A stretch of DNA of 64,000 nt from Eubacteriales bacterium (GCA_045653945.1 JAZOML010000003.1:7270-71269), one strand, 5' to 3'; shown: positions 26,908 through 36,448, numbered from the stretch's first letter. Numbers and translations: made by a program. The notes: a model not told the origin generated them from the sequence alone.

Positions 26908-27022
26908 GTTTCGTCAGTAACGAAGTTACACTGCGAAGTAGCGAAAAGGCGGAGAAAGCTTGCTTTTGAGAGCCTTTTTGCTGACTCGCAGAATATCCGC
27001 TTGTAAAAAGCGGGGACGAAAC
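26908..27022 (+). repeat. structured repeat domain, subtype beta (copy S4)
   Basis: gtttcgtc-[gtaac gaa gttac]-[ctgcga..[aaaaggc..aaagc tt gcttt..gcctttt]..tcgcag]-[ccgctt gtaaa aagcgg]-gacgaaac. Confidence 0.8.
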
Positions 27023-27039
27023 ATCTGCACCGTGCGGGA

Positions 27040-27170
27040 GCACTATACAGAAGTCTTTGCTAAGCTTTCTTCAGAAAGCGAAAAAAACAACAAAGGCTCA
27101 AAACTTACATAAAACACCACGGTGGCGTGGCTACAAAAGTTTTTGCCGAGGCTTTTTTCAAAAAGCCGGA
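27040..27170 (+). repeat. repeat tails with two core hairpins
   Basis: cagaagtctttgc-ta-a-gctttcttcagaaagc (hairpin 27064-27079), then caccacggtggcgtggctacaaaagtttttgc-cgaggcttttttcaaaaagccgg (27146-27168). Confidence 0.8.
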
Positions 27171-27179
27171 AAAACCAAC

Positions 27180-27959
27180 CTAAGAAAGCAGCGAAATGCA
27201 GTCCTCTCTTGGTGCGGCGGCGAGGAAATCAAGATGCGCATCGGTGCGACGCATTTCCATTGAAACCTCGTGAACGGCAAGGTCGGGGGTGTTGTTTTCG
27301 GGGCTGATGTGAGCAAGAAGAACTCGTTTCACCCCTGTTTTAGCGAGGCGTGAAACGAATTTTGCGCAATCGACGTTTGAGGTATGTCCGCTATCGCCCA
27401 TTATGCGATATTTGAGCACCTGACTGTACGGCCCACAGATGAGCATAGCCTCGTCGTAGTTTGCCTCGGTTATGACGTTTTCGCAGTCCTTGAAGAATTC
27501 AAAAAGCTCATCGGTTGGCTTTCCTGCATCGGTGCAGATACCAAGCGAAACTCCACCTGAAATTCGGTAAGCAACACAAGCGGCGCTGTCGTGTCGGACA
27601 GGCATAGCCTCAACCGTTAAGTCGCCCACGTCTATACAAAAATCGGTATCCGTTACCGTAAAATCGTTTTTGTTATCAAAGCCCTTCCCTCTTATGTAGC
27701 TGATATATGAGGGCTGAGTTATGTAGACGGGTATATTATAGCTTTTCATAAAGGTCGGCAGCCCCGCAACGTGGTCGCTGTGCTCGTGAGTAAGGAAAAC
27801 AGCGGACACGTCGGCAAGATTTACACCAAAATCCGCAAGAGCGTTCTTGACTCTTTTGCAGGACAAACCGAAGTCTATAAGAATGTGAGTTGCGCCCGAG
27901 CTTACAAGCGTACAGTTAGCCTTTGAGCCTGAGGCGAGTGATATAATTTGCTTTTGCAT
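27180..27959 (-). CDS. MBL-fold metallo-hydrolase (YycJ/WalJ-like)
   Basis: LIDFG...FLTHEHSDHVAG metallo-beta-lactamase motif. Sits next to rlmH as yycJ does in Bacillus. Confidence 0.85.
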   Translation of the reverse strand: MQKQIISLASGSKANCTLVSSGATHILIDFGLSCKRVKNALADFGVNLADVSAVFLTHEHSDHVAGLPTFMKSYNIPVYITQPSYISYIRGKGFDNKNDFTVTDTDFCIDVGDLTVEAMPVRHDSAACVAYRISGGVSLGICTDAGKPTDELFEFFKDCENVITEANYDEAMLICGPYSQVLKYRIMGDSGHTSNVDCAKFVSRLAKTGVKRVLLAHISPENNTPDLAVHEVSMEMRRTDAHLDFLAAAPREDCISLLS

Positions 27960-27979
27960 TTTGTTACCTTTTGGTTTTA

Positions 27980-28021
27980 AATAAAGATAAGCCCGAAACG
28001 CCTTTGTTCAGCGTTTCGGGC
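27980..28021 (-). terminator. rho-independent terminator after galK
   Basis: gcccgaaacgc-ctttgttca-gcgtttcgggc, with a T tract on the minus strand. Confidence 0.6.
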
Positions 28022-28034
28022 GTTGTGTGTTAAA

Positions 28035-29318
28035 TTACTTAACCTTTATCGCACCCTCGGCACGAATATTGAGGGTAGCACAAGCGCCTTGACCAAATGC
28101 GGCATCAAGAGTCGCTCTGAACTCGTCCTTAAGCGCTACGGGAACAAATGCCTGAACAGTTCCTGCAAATCCGCCGCCGTGAACACGCCAAGCTCCGCCC
28201 TTGCCGCCGAGCACGTGCTTGCAAAGTGCAAGAGCAACGGAAAGCCCCTGCTCGCCTACGTTCTTTACGGTGTATACGTTTTGAAGCTGCTTGAAGCTTG
28301 AATCGCCCGATGCGAGAACGCCCTCAAGGAAGCCGTTAAGGTCGCCTGCCATAAGACAAGCCTTTTGAAGAGCAACACGCTCGTTTTCCTCAATGAAGTG
28401 GAGCGCACGCATAAGGTGGCGATCTCCGAGCTTTTCACGGATTTCGGGGAGCTTCCCGAGTATATCGTCATAGGTAAGTCCACGCAAAACCTCACGTCCG
28501 AACATAGCCGCAACAGCCTTCATTTCGGCAGGAACAGATGCGTAGTCATCGTTTAAGTCAGCGTGGTTACCGCCGGTGTTTACAATGCACAGGCAGTAGC
28601 CCTGAGCTGCGAGGTCAAACTCAAGCTTTTCAATAATGGGCTTGGTGGGGTCAGCAAAATCTATTGCGACAAATCCACCGACTGCACAGGCGGTCTGGTC
28701 CATAAGTCCGCAGGGCTTACCGAAGAATACGTTTTCGGCGTACTGCGAAATCTTTGCAAGTTCAGGTGAGTCGATTTTACCTTCGTTATAGAAGTGGTTG
28801 ATTACGTTACAAATTTGTACTTCAAATGCGGCAGACGAGGAAATTCCCGAGCCCTTGAGAACGTCGCTTGTGGTGTAAGCCTTAAAGCCGCCGTAAGCAA
28901 AGCCACGCTTTGCAAAGCCGTCGCAAATACCCGCTATAATAGCGGCTGAGCCGTAGTTTTCGTAGTTATCGGGGTTAAGGTCGGATATATCGACCTCGTC
29001 CTTATCAAAGCCCTTGCTTTTGACCTCAATCCTCATTTCAGCAGTCTTTGCTGCAACCGCGATAATGTCAAGGTCGAGTGCCGCCGCAAGAACGCAGCCG
29101 CGATTGTGGTCGGTGTGGTTGCCCGAAACCTCGGTTCTGCCGGGAACGGAGAAAAGAGTTACGTCATCATCACCGTAGATGCCGATAAACTCGTTTATGG
29201 CGTCGGTGTATCTTGTTTTTTGAGCGCAAACACGCTCCGCACCGTAAAGATGCGCAAGAGTAGAATCAAGAGCGCCGTTTTCTATGTCTTTAATCAAAAG
29301 TGATGCTTTCATTTGCAA
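28035..29318 (-). CDS. galK: galactokinase-family GHMP sugar kinase
   Basis: 427 aa. PGRTEVSGNHTDHNRGCVLAAA, GSGISSSAAFEV (GHMP motif), GGGFAGTVQAFV. Confidence 0.75.
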   Translation of the reverse strand: MQMKASLLIKDIENGALDSTLAHLYGAERVCAQKTRYTDAINEFIGIYGDDDVTLFSVPGRTEVSGNHTDHNRGCVLAAALDLDIIAVAAKTAEMRIEVKSKGFDKDEVDISDLNPDNYENYGSAAIIAGICDGFAKRGFAYGGFKAYTTSDVLKGSGISSSAAFEVQICNVINHFYNEGKIDSPELAKISQYAENVFFGKPCGLMDQTACAVGGFVAIDFADPTKPIIEKLEFDLAAQGYCLCIVNTGGNHADLNDDYASVPAEMKAVAAMFGREVLRGLTYDDILGKLPEIREKLGDRHLMRALHFIEENERVALQKACLMAGDLNGFLEGVLASGDSSFKQLQNVYTVKNVGEQGLSVALALCKHVLGGKGGAWRVHGGGFAGTVQAFVPVALKDEFRATLDAAFGQGACATLNIRAEGAIKVK

Positions 29319-29466
29319 AGTATCCTCTCTTTTAAATATATTTTTTTATAGTATATCATAAAAATATTATAATTTCAAGGGGAATAGTAAAATTTCGCTT
29401 TACAAAAGAACATTTTAATGTTATAATTAAGATGCAAAAATTTAAAAAGACAAACGGAGAACAAAA

Positions 29467-29832
29467 ATGTCAGATTTTTATATAATTTATGATAAACTTT
29501 TCAAATATGAGGGTAAGGGCGGCGACGTTTTTATTCCCAGCGGTCTGAAGACGGTAGGCATATACGCCTTTGTAAATAACGATAAGCTTGAAAGCGTGGT
29601 CATACCCGACACAGTAACCGAAATCGAGCTTTGCGCCTTTGAAGCGTGTGAAAATTTGTGGGACGTCGAGATGTGGTCTAGCGTAAAGGTTATAGGCTCA
29701 GGGGCATTTCGAGGCTGCCGCCGCCTTGAACAAATAAGGTTTCACGGAACTCCCGAAGAGTGGGATGCAATAAAAAAAGACTGGGGCTGGAATACCGATA
29801 TCTGTCCCGATTGCAAAATAAGATTTTTCTAA
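29467..29832 (+). CDS. single-module BspA-type LRR protein (121 aa), no signal peptide
   Basis: YEGKGGDVFIPSGLKTVGIYAFVNNDKLESVVIPDTVTEIELCAFEACENL...IGSGAFRGCRRLEQIRFHGTPEEWDAIKKDWGW. Same cap as the 39.6-48.2 kb LRR genes. Confidence 0.75.
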   Translation: MSDFYIIYDKLFKYEGKGGDVFIPSGLKTVGIYAFVNNDKLESVVIPDTVTEIELCAFEACENLWDVEMWSSVKVIGSGAFRGCRRLEQIRFHGTPEEWDAIKKDWGWNTDICPDCKIRFF

Positions 29833-29878
29833 GAGTTTATTCAACCGTACATATCCTTCAAAAAGGCGAAAAACGAAA

Positions 29879-30211
29879 ATGAACATAATTGGACGAAAAA
29901 TTCATATTATAATCGAGCGCCCGCTCGGTAGCACCCACCCAAAACACAAAAATATCAAATATGAGGTAAATTACGGCTACACGCCCGACTTTATGGGCGG
30001 CGACGGCGAGGAGCAGGACGTTTACCTGCTCGGATATGATGCACCGATAAACGAAACCTACGCAACCGTAATTGCGGTGATCCACCGCCTTGACGATAAC
30101 GAGGATAAATGGGTAGCGGCGCCAAGCGGCACAACCTTCACCGCCGATGAAATTATGCAGACGGTCAATTTTCAGGAAAAATTCTTTAAATCAGAACTAA
30201 TAATGAGTTAA
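29879..30211 (+). CDS. truncated family-I inorganic-pyrophosphatase-like protein (110 aa)
   Basis: IIERPLGSTHPKHKNIKYEVNYGYTPDFMGGDGEEQDVYLLG...VIHRLDDNEDKWVAAP matches the PPase core pattern E.P.GS..KYE...NYG.IP....DG...DV.....R..D....D.K.V..P. Confidence 0.65.
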   Translation: MNIIGRKIHIIIERPLGSTHPKHKNIKYEVNYGYTPDFMGGDGEEQDVYLLGYDAPINETYATVIAVIHRLDDNEDKWVAAPSGTTFTADEIMQTVNFQEKFFKSELIMS

Positions 30212-30222
30212 CGAGGCAAACT

Positions 30223-30999
30223 ATGGGTATTTTGGATAAACTTCAAGGCGATGGCGGATACGTCTTTGTTTCGCATAGCCACCTTGATATAAAAAAGGTT
30301 CGCACGATAAGAAATTTACTTGAAGAAAAAGGCTTTGAGCCTATACTTTTCTACCTCAAAAGCCTAGACGACAGCGAACAGGATAAAACGGAATTTTTGC
30401 GTTCCCTCATTTACGACGAGATTGATGCAAGGGAATTCTTTTTGTACCTTGACAGCGAAAACGCAAGGAAATCCGATTGGGTACGGCAGGAGCTTGAATA
30501 TATAGAAAAATATGCTCCGCACAAGCTTACAACCGTTGATTTAGAGGAAAACGACGATAGTATAAAAAAGAAAATCGAGGCACTTGCCTCGCGAATGCGC
30601 ATCTTTATTTCCTACTCGATGCAAGACAAGGAAATCGCTCAAAAAATCAAGAAAGCGCTTGTAAATTCCGACTTCAGAGTCTACGACACCCTCGATATTC
30701 CGCCCGGCATCGAGTGGGAATTAAACACGGCAAATATGATAAACGAAGCCTCAAAGGAGGGAATTATTATGTTTATCGTGTCGGAAAAGTCTACAAAATC
30801 CCAAATAATACTCAACGAGTTGGAATACGCACTCAAAATACACGCAAGAATTCTTCCTATTTTCATCGACAAGTGCTACCTCGATGCTAAACAAAATCCA
30901 ATTCTCTTTGCGCTAAGAAACTATCAAGGCTTTTTCTTTGAAAACACACAATGCGATGAAGAAATCAAAAAACTTGTAAAAATACTCCGCAATATATAA
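30223..30999 (+). CDS. tandem TIR-domain protein (two TIR-like domains)
   Basis: Domain 1: GYVFVSHSHLD...SDWVRQELEYI. Domain 2: RIFISYSMQDKEIAQKI...IIMFIVSEKSTKSQIILNELEYA. Both keep the Glu of the TIR catalytic motif. Starts 11 nt after the PPase-like gene. Confidence 0.75.
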   Translation: MGILDKLQGDGGYVFVSHSHLDIKKVRTIRNLLEEKGFEPILFYLKSLDDSEQDKTEFLRSLIYDEIDAREFFLYLDSENARKSDWVRQELEYIEKYAPHKLTTVDLEENDDSIKKKIEALASRMRIFISYSMQDKEIAQKIKKALVNSDFRVYDTLDIPPGIEWELNTANMINEASKEGIIMFIVSEKSTKSQIILNELEYALKIHARILPIFIDKCYLDAKQNPILFALRNYQGFFFENTQCDEEIKKLVKILRNI

Positions 31000-31023
31000 C
31001 CACAAACAAAAGGATAGCAATAT

Positions 31024-31800
31024 ATGTCTACTTTTAACAACATATTTACTCAAGCATTAAAACTGAACGCTATATCTCTTACCGAAAAGCAGATGCAACT
31101 GTTCGAGAACCTCTATACTGCGCTCGTTGAGACCAATAAGCTCCACAACCTGACCGCCGTAACCGATGAACAGGGCGTTGCAGGACTACACTTTTGCGAT
31201 AGCTTGATGGCTCTTCCCTACCTCGATGAAATTTTAAATAAAAAAGCCGATTTGGAAACAAATTTCACATCAAATACCTCAAAAAACGCTAAAAAACTGC
31301 TTGATATCGGCTGCGGAGCAGGTTTTCCCTGCCTTCCAATAGCCATAGCTCGTCCAGATTTAAGTGTTTTAGGAGTTGATAGTACCGCAAAAAAAGTAGC
31401 GTTTTCTACCGAATTTGCGGCAAAAAACGGACTAAATAACTTCAAATCGCTGTCCGCACGAGCCGAAGAACTCGCTAAAACCGAGCAAAGAGAAGACTTT
31501 GAAATTGTAACCGCAAGAGCCGTCGCAAGACTAAATATCCTTGCCGAGCTTTGCTTACCATTTGTAAAAATCGGCGGATATTTTCTCGCAATGAAGGGTG
31601 CAAAAGGTGTAGAAGAGCTTAAAGAAGCGGAAAACGGCATCAAAAAGCTTGGCGGCGAGGTTGTAAAAGTCGAAGAAAAAGAGTTGATTTTGCCAAGCGA
31701 AAGACAAGTAAGAACCTTTATTTTGATTAAAAAAGTATCAAAAACTCCCGAAGTCTACCCAAGAGCGTACGGAAAAATCAAAAAAACACCGTTAAAATAA
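31024..31800 (+). CDS. rsmG: 16S rRNA (guanine527-N7)-methyltransferase RsmG (GidB)
   Basis: LHNLTAVTDEQGVAGLHFCDSL...LLDIGCGAGFPCLPIAIARPDL...VTARAVARL. Confidence 0.92.
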   Translation: MSTFNNIFTQALKLNAISLTEKQMQLFENLYTALVETNKLHNLTAVTDEQGVAGLHFCDSLMALPYLDEILNKKADLETNFTSNTSKNAKKLLDIGCGAGFPCLPIAIARPDLSVLGVDSTAKKVAFSTEFAAKNGLNNFKSLSARAEELAKTEQREDFEIVTARAVARLNILAELCLPFVKIGGYFLAMKGAKGVEELKEAENGIKKLGGEVVKVEEKELILPSERQVRTFILIKKVSKTPEVYPRAYGKIKKTPLK

Positions 31801-32045
31801 CCAAAATAAGAGAAAAATACAAGGGAAAAATACCGTGAGCTTTAAAAACCTATATTAAATTGTGTCTAAATATGAAATTTTGCAAAATAAGTGTCGTTTA
31901 AGTGTTTAAGCGTCGATAAAGAAAAACACAAAATAAAAGTATATGCCGATAAAACCAAAAATATTATAAAAATTGCTCGCAAAATCCCCCAAAAACCTTA
32001 CTACAATATACATATAACGTTAGCATTTTCCAAATTAACACACAA

Positions 32046-32075
32046 ACCGCCGTAATTCTACGGCGGTTTTTTCTT
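32046..32075 (+). terminator. rho-independent terminator
   Basis: accgccgta-attc-tacggcggt followed by tttttt. Confidence 0.65.
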
Positions 32076-32125
32076 TGTTTTACTTAAATTTGCTGATATA
32101 ATACGCATAGATACGAATTCAACAT

Positions 32126-32141
32126 TGTTTCACGTTAAACA
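32126..32141. other. parS-like site (1 mismatch)
   Basis: tgtttcacgttaaaca compared with consensus TGTTNCACGTGAAACA. Confidence 0.7.
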
Positions 32142-32165
32142 ATTCAAGTTATTAGATAAAACTAA

Positions 32166-32181
32166 TGTTTCACGTGAAACA
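32166..32181. other. parS site (perfect palindrome)
   Basis: tgtttcacgtgaaaca. Confidence 0.9.
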
Positions 32182-32203
32182 ACACAAAAAAAGGAGTTAA
32201 ATT

Positions 32204-33019
32204 ATGATATTAACCGAAAAAAACGTAGAAAAAACCGATGAAAAAGAAATAATTTACATAGATATTGATACAATAATGCCTAACAGAGCACAACCAAGAA
32301 CGTTTTTTGAGTCCGAAGCGCTCAACGAACTAGCCGAAAGCATAAAACGATACGGTATTTTGCAACCGCTAACGGTGAGAAGACTGCCGGAAAGCTCTAT
32401 TTATTCGCACTATAAATACGAGCTTATAGCCGGCGAAAGACGACTCAGAGCCTCAAAGCTACTCAAAATGGAGAAAATACCCTGCATTTTGATAGAAAGC
32501 GATACAAAAACATCTGCCGAGCTAGCAATTATTGAAAATCTACACCGACGTAACTTAAACGTATTTGAGGAAGCCTGCGCAATAGCATCACTAATCGAAA
32601 TACACAAGTTAACACAAGAACAAATTGCAACAAAGCTCGGAATAACTCAAGCGGCAGTAGCAAATAAGCTACGACTCCTTAAACTAACCGACGAAGAACG
32701 TTCGTTGATTTTACTTAATAACCTCACCGAAAGACACGCCAGAGCATTGCTTCGTATAAAAGACAAGAAGGAACGACTCAAACTGCTGCAAAAAATCGTA
32801 GAAAAATCACTAAACGTAAAGCAAACTGAGGAATTAATAGAAGAGAAGCTGGTATTTACACCCGAAGCACCCGAAAAAACAAAAGTGCGTGATACAAAAA
32901 ATCTTATTAAATATATCGAAAAAGCAATATCCGAAACAAGAAAAAGCGGTGCAAAAATAAAAACTCAGCAAACCGAAACCTCAAGCGAATTTATATTCAC
33001 CATATCAATAACAAAGTAA
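32204..33019 (+). CDS. noc: ParB-family protein in the Noc position (nucleoid-occlusion-like)
   Basis: PNRAQPRTFF...GILQPLTVR...ELIAGERRLRASK...IIENLHRRNLNVFEE. The QPRT.F variant and the rsmG-noc-parA-parB order match Firmicutes Noc. Confidence 0.7.
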   Translation: MILTEKNVEKTDEKEIIYIDIDTIMPNRAQPRTFFESEALNELAESIKRYGILQPLTVRRLPESSIYSHYKYELIAGERRLRASKLLKMEKIPCILIESDTKTSAELAIIENLHRRNLNVFEEACAIASLIEIHKLTQEQIATKLGITQAAVANKLRLLKLTDEERSLILLNNLTERHARALLRIKDKKERLKLLQKIVEKSLNVKQTEELIEEKLVFTPEAPEKTKVRDTKNLIKYIEKAISETRKSGAKIKTQQTETSSEFIFTISITK

Positions 33020-33092
33020 ATAAATAAAACGAGCGAAAAGTATGCAAAACACTTAATCTTTGTTTGACATGCAAAACGCTCGTTTTTCATTC

Positions 33093-33108
33093 TGTTTCAC
33101 GTGAAACA
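33093..33108. other. parS site (perfect)
   Basis: tgtttcacgtgaaaca. Confidence 0.9.
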
Positions 33109-33259
33109 AAATGAAACAATTTATTCCACATATAGCACCCACAAAATTGCCCACAGAATAAAGAAGATACCAAATAGCAATTTTACGTCATTTTTTAGCC
33201 ATTTTGTAAATTTGAAAACAAAAAATTTCGTTTCTTCCTCATTTTTTATAATAAAATCA

Positions 33260-33288
33260 TTGACAAATAAAAATAATATTGATATAAT
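33260..33288 (+). promoter_or_regulatory. consensus sigmaA promoter for parA-parB
   Basis: TTGACA - 17 nt - TATAAT. Confidence 0.7.
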
Positions 33289-33336
33289 TGTATTAGCCCT
33301 ACAAGGAAGTGCGAAAGCACAGAAAGGAAGAGCACA

Positions 33337-34104
33337 ATGATAATATCATTCACAAACCAAAAAGGCGGCGTCGGAAAAACAACAACGGCAGTAAACATCG
33401 CCGCTACCGTTGCCGCATTAGATAAAAAGGTTCTGCTCGTAGACCTCGATCCGCAAGGAAACGCCTCAACAGGTGTGGGTTTTATGGACAGAAACCACTT
33501 AAATTCAACCTACAACGTAATCACCGAGGGTATGTCAGCCCCCGATGCTATATATCACACCGAATTCAAAAACCTTGACCTGATGCCTGCAACCATCAAT
33601 TTAGCAGCCGCCGAGCTTGAAATCAAGGATTTTGAAGCAAGAGAACGCATTTTAAAGGGCGCGCTTTCAGTTATTCGTGACAAATACGATTACATTTTCA
33701 TTGATTGCGCACCGACGCTCGGACTCCTGACAATCAACGCCCTCGTAGCAAGTGATGGAATAATTATCCCTTGCCCCTGCGAATTCTATGCACTCGAGGG
33801 ACTAGTCCAGCTCACAAACACCGTTGAAAGCATAAAAGAGTATCATAACCCCAACCTCAAGCTTATCGGTGTACTTATCACTATGTATAATAGTCGACTC
33901 AATCTCACACAATCCATAATGAACGATCTTCGAGGTTATTTTGGCAATCTGATATTCAAAACCCACGTTGTACGCAACGTTAGACTTGCCGAAGCACCCT
34001 CATACGGCACACCCGTTTTATACCTCGATAAATTCTCAAAAGGCGCACAAAACTACATAGAGGTATCAAAGGAACTAATTGAGCGCGTGGAATACGACGG
34101 TTAA
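33337..34104 (+). CDS. parA: chromosome partitioning ATPase ParA/Soj
   Basis: IISFTNQKGGVGKTTTAVN deviant Walker A. 255 aa. Confidence 0.95.
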   Translation: MIISFTNQKGGVGKTTTAVNIAATVAALDKKVLLVDLDPQGNASTGVGFMDRNHLNSTYNVITEGMSAPDAIYHTEFKNLDLMPATINLAAAELEIKDFEARERILKGALSVIRDKYDYIFIDCAPTLGLLTINALVASDGIIIPCPCEFYALEGLVQLTNTVESIKEYHNPNLKLIGVLITMYNSRLNLTQSIMNDLRGYFGNLIFKTHVVRNVRLAEAPSYGTPVLYLDKFSKGAQNYIEVSKELIERVEYDG

Positions 34105-34111
34105 AAGCCAT

Positions 34112-34127
34112 TGTTTCACGTGAAACT
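34112..34127. other. parS-like site (1 mismatch)
   Basis: tgtttcacgtgaaact. Confidence 0.7.
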
Positions 34128-34183
34128 TTTTCACACTGTGCCGCAACCACCATATATAATAAATAGGAAAGGAATTTTGATAG

Positions 34184-35065
34184 ATGCAAAAAAGAGCACA
34201 AGCTAAAGGACTCGACGCCCTTTTTAATACTCAAGGCGTCAAAAAATCAGATTCCGAGAGCCCCAAAACTCTTAGAATAACCGAAATCGAGCCTAGAAAA
34301 GACCAACCTCGCCGCCATTTTGACGAAGCAGCACTCCAACAGCTCGCCGAGTCAATAAAATCCAACGGCGTTATTCAGCCGATAATAGTAACCAAGCTAC
34401 CCAACGGTTTTTACAGTATAATTGCAGGCGAACGCCGTTACAGAGCATCAAAACTTGCAGGACTTACCGAGGTTCCGGTTGTCGTAATCGAGGCAGATGA
34501 AAAGAAAATTGCTGAAATTTCACTGATAGAGAACCTGCAAAGAGAGGATCTAAACCCAATTGAAGAAGCGATGGCATACCGTGCGCTTATGAGCGACCAC
34601 AAAATGACTCAAGAGGAGCTTTCAACACGCATCGGAAAAAGCAGAAGCGCAATAGCTAATAGCACAAGACTCTTAGACCTCCCCGAAGAGGTTACCGCAA
34701 TGGTAATTGAGGGCAAACTTTCAGCAGGACACGCAAGAGCCCTTCTCGGACTCACAAACAAGGACGACGTCGTAAAGACAGCTCAAGCAATCGTAAGCCG
34801 AGAGCTTTCAGTCAGAGCAACCGAAGCACTGGTAAAAACCCTCAATTCGTCAGCAGCAAAAGCAGAAAAAGAATCTAAAACCGAAAAAATCAAGGTAGAT
34901 TACTGCGCAGAGCTCGAAAAGAGAGTAGAGGACGTCATCGGCAGACACGTAAAAATCACCTCAAAAGGCAACAAAAAGCGCATCGAAATCTCATTTTCAT
35001 CAAACGAGGACCTTGAAGAGCTCCTCAAAATGCTTTGCGGCGATGAATTTTTTGAGGATTTTTAA
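34184..35065 (+). CDS. parB: chromosome partitioning protein ParB/Spo0J
   Basis: PRKDQPRRHFDE...GVIQPIIV...IIAGERRYRASKLAG...LIENLQREDLNPIEEA. Confidence 0.93.
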   Translation: MQKRAQAKGLDALFNTQGVKKSDSESPKTLRITEIEPRKDQPRRHFDEAALQQLAESIKSNGVIQPIIVTKLPNGFYSIIAGERRYRASKLAGLTEVPVVVIEADEKKIAEISLIENLQREDLNPIEEAMAYRALMSDHKMTQEELSTRIGKSRSAIANSTRLLDLPEEVTAMVIEGKLSAGHARALLGLTNKDDVVKTAQAIVSRELSVRATEALVKTLNSSAAKAEKESKTEKIKVDYCAELEKRVEDVIGRHVKITSKGNKKRIEISFSSNEDLEELLKMLCGDEFFEDF

Positions 35066-35144
35066 TCTTTTATAAATTTAAACCACCCACAACACAAAAC
35101 AAAAAACATTATTACGCAAAATCAAATCGAAAGAAGGCAAAAAA

Positions 35145-36416
35145 ATGTTAGACATTAAGGTTATAAGAGATAATCCCGACGAGGTTAAGGCTCGTCTTGC
35201 AACAAGAAACAAGGATTATAGCGCGGATATAGATAAAATCCTTGCGCTCGACGAGGAACGCAGAGCGCTCATCAACGCCACCGAAACAATAAAGGCTAAG
35301 AAAAACGAGGTTTCCAAGCAAATCCCCGCTTTAAAAAAGGCTGGTCAGGACGTCGCTCCCATTTTTGAAGAGATGAAGAAGCTCTCCGACGAGATGAAAG
35401 ACGACGAGGACAAGCTCGCGCAGGTTGACAAAGACCTTGAATTCCTGCTTTTATCCATTCCAAACCTCCCCAACGCAACAATTCCCGTAGGCAAGGACGA
35501 CAGCGACAACGTTGAAATCCGTAAATACGGCGAACCGAGAAAATTCGAATTTGAGCCCAAGGCTCACTGGGAGCTTGGTCAACGCCTCGGAATACTCGAC
35601 CCCGAAACCGCAGGCAAGGTAACCGGCACCCGTTTCCACTTCTACAAAGGACTTGGCGCACGTCTCGAAAGAGCAATCATTTCATTTTTCCTCGACACCC
35701 ATACAACCGTAGGATACACCGAGGTTTTCCCACCCTTTATGGTAAACAGAAACTCTATGCAGAGCACAGGACAGCTTCCTAAATTCGAAGAGGATGCTTT
35801 TAAGGTAGCAAATACTGACTACTTTTTAATTCCTACCGCCGAAGTTCCTGTAACTAATATGCACAAAAACGAGATTTTAAGCGCAAACGAGCTTCCAATT
35901 AAATATTGTGCATATTCCGCTTGTTTCAGAGCTGAGGCAGGAAGCGCAGGAAGAGATACCAGAGGTCTTATCCGTCAACACCAGTTCAACAAGGTAGAGC
36001 TTGTCAAATTTGCTCACCCCGACACCTCTTATGACGAGCTCGAAAGCCTTACTCTTGATGCACAAAACGTACTCAAGCTCCTCGGACTTCCTCATAGAGT
36101 TGTATGTCTTTCCAGCGGCGATATAGGATTTAGCTCCGCTAAAACCTATGATATTGAGGTTTGGATGCCTTCTTACGGCAGATACGTAGAGATAAGCTCC
36201 TGCTCCAACTTCGAGGATTATCAAGCAAGAAGAGCTAATATCCGTTTTAAGGATGATCCCAAGGGCAAAGCCCGTTACGTACACACTCTTAACGGCTCCG
36301 GTGTTGCAGTCGGCAGAACTGTTGCAGCAATTATGGAAAACTATCAGCGTGATGACGGTGGAATTGACATTCCTGAAGTTCTTCAAAAGTATATGGGAAC
36401 TGACGTAATTAAATAA
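35145..36416 (+). CDS. serS: seryl-tRNA synthetase
   Basis: 423 aa. N-terminal coiled-coil and class II motifs ([30 protein letters not shown]). Confidence 0.96.
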   Translation: MLDIKVIRDNPDEVKARLATRNKDYSADIDKILALDEERRALINATETIKAKKNEVSKQIPALKKAGQDVAPIFEEMKKLSDEMKDDEDKLAQVDKDLEFLLLSIPNLPNATIPVGKDDSDNVEIRKYGEPRKFEFEPKAHWELGQRLGILDPETAGKVTGTRFHFYKGLGARLERAIISFFLDTHTTVGYTEVFPPFMVNRNSMQSTGQLPKFEEDAFKVANTDYFLIPTAEVPVTNMHKNEILSANELPIKYCAYSACFRAEAGSAGRDTRGLIRQHQFNKVELVKFAHPDTSYDELESLTLDAQNVLKLLGLPHRVVCLSSGDIGFSSAKTYDIEVWMPSYGRYVEISSCSNFEDYQARRANIRFKDDPKGKARYVHTLNGSGVAVGRTVAAIMENYQRDDGGIDIPEVLQKYMGTDVIK

Positions 36417-36448
36417 AAACCGAAGGTTACACCCCAAAAAAGACAGTT

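Noticed and set aside
33101-33340. 79-aa ORF between noc and parA
   Set aside because: The region is AT-rich and contains a perfect parS and a consensus TTGACA-17-TATAAT promoter for parA. The ORF product is low-complexity.
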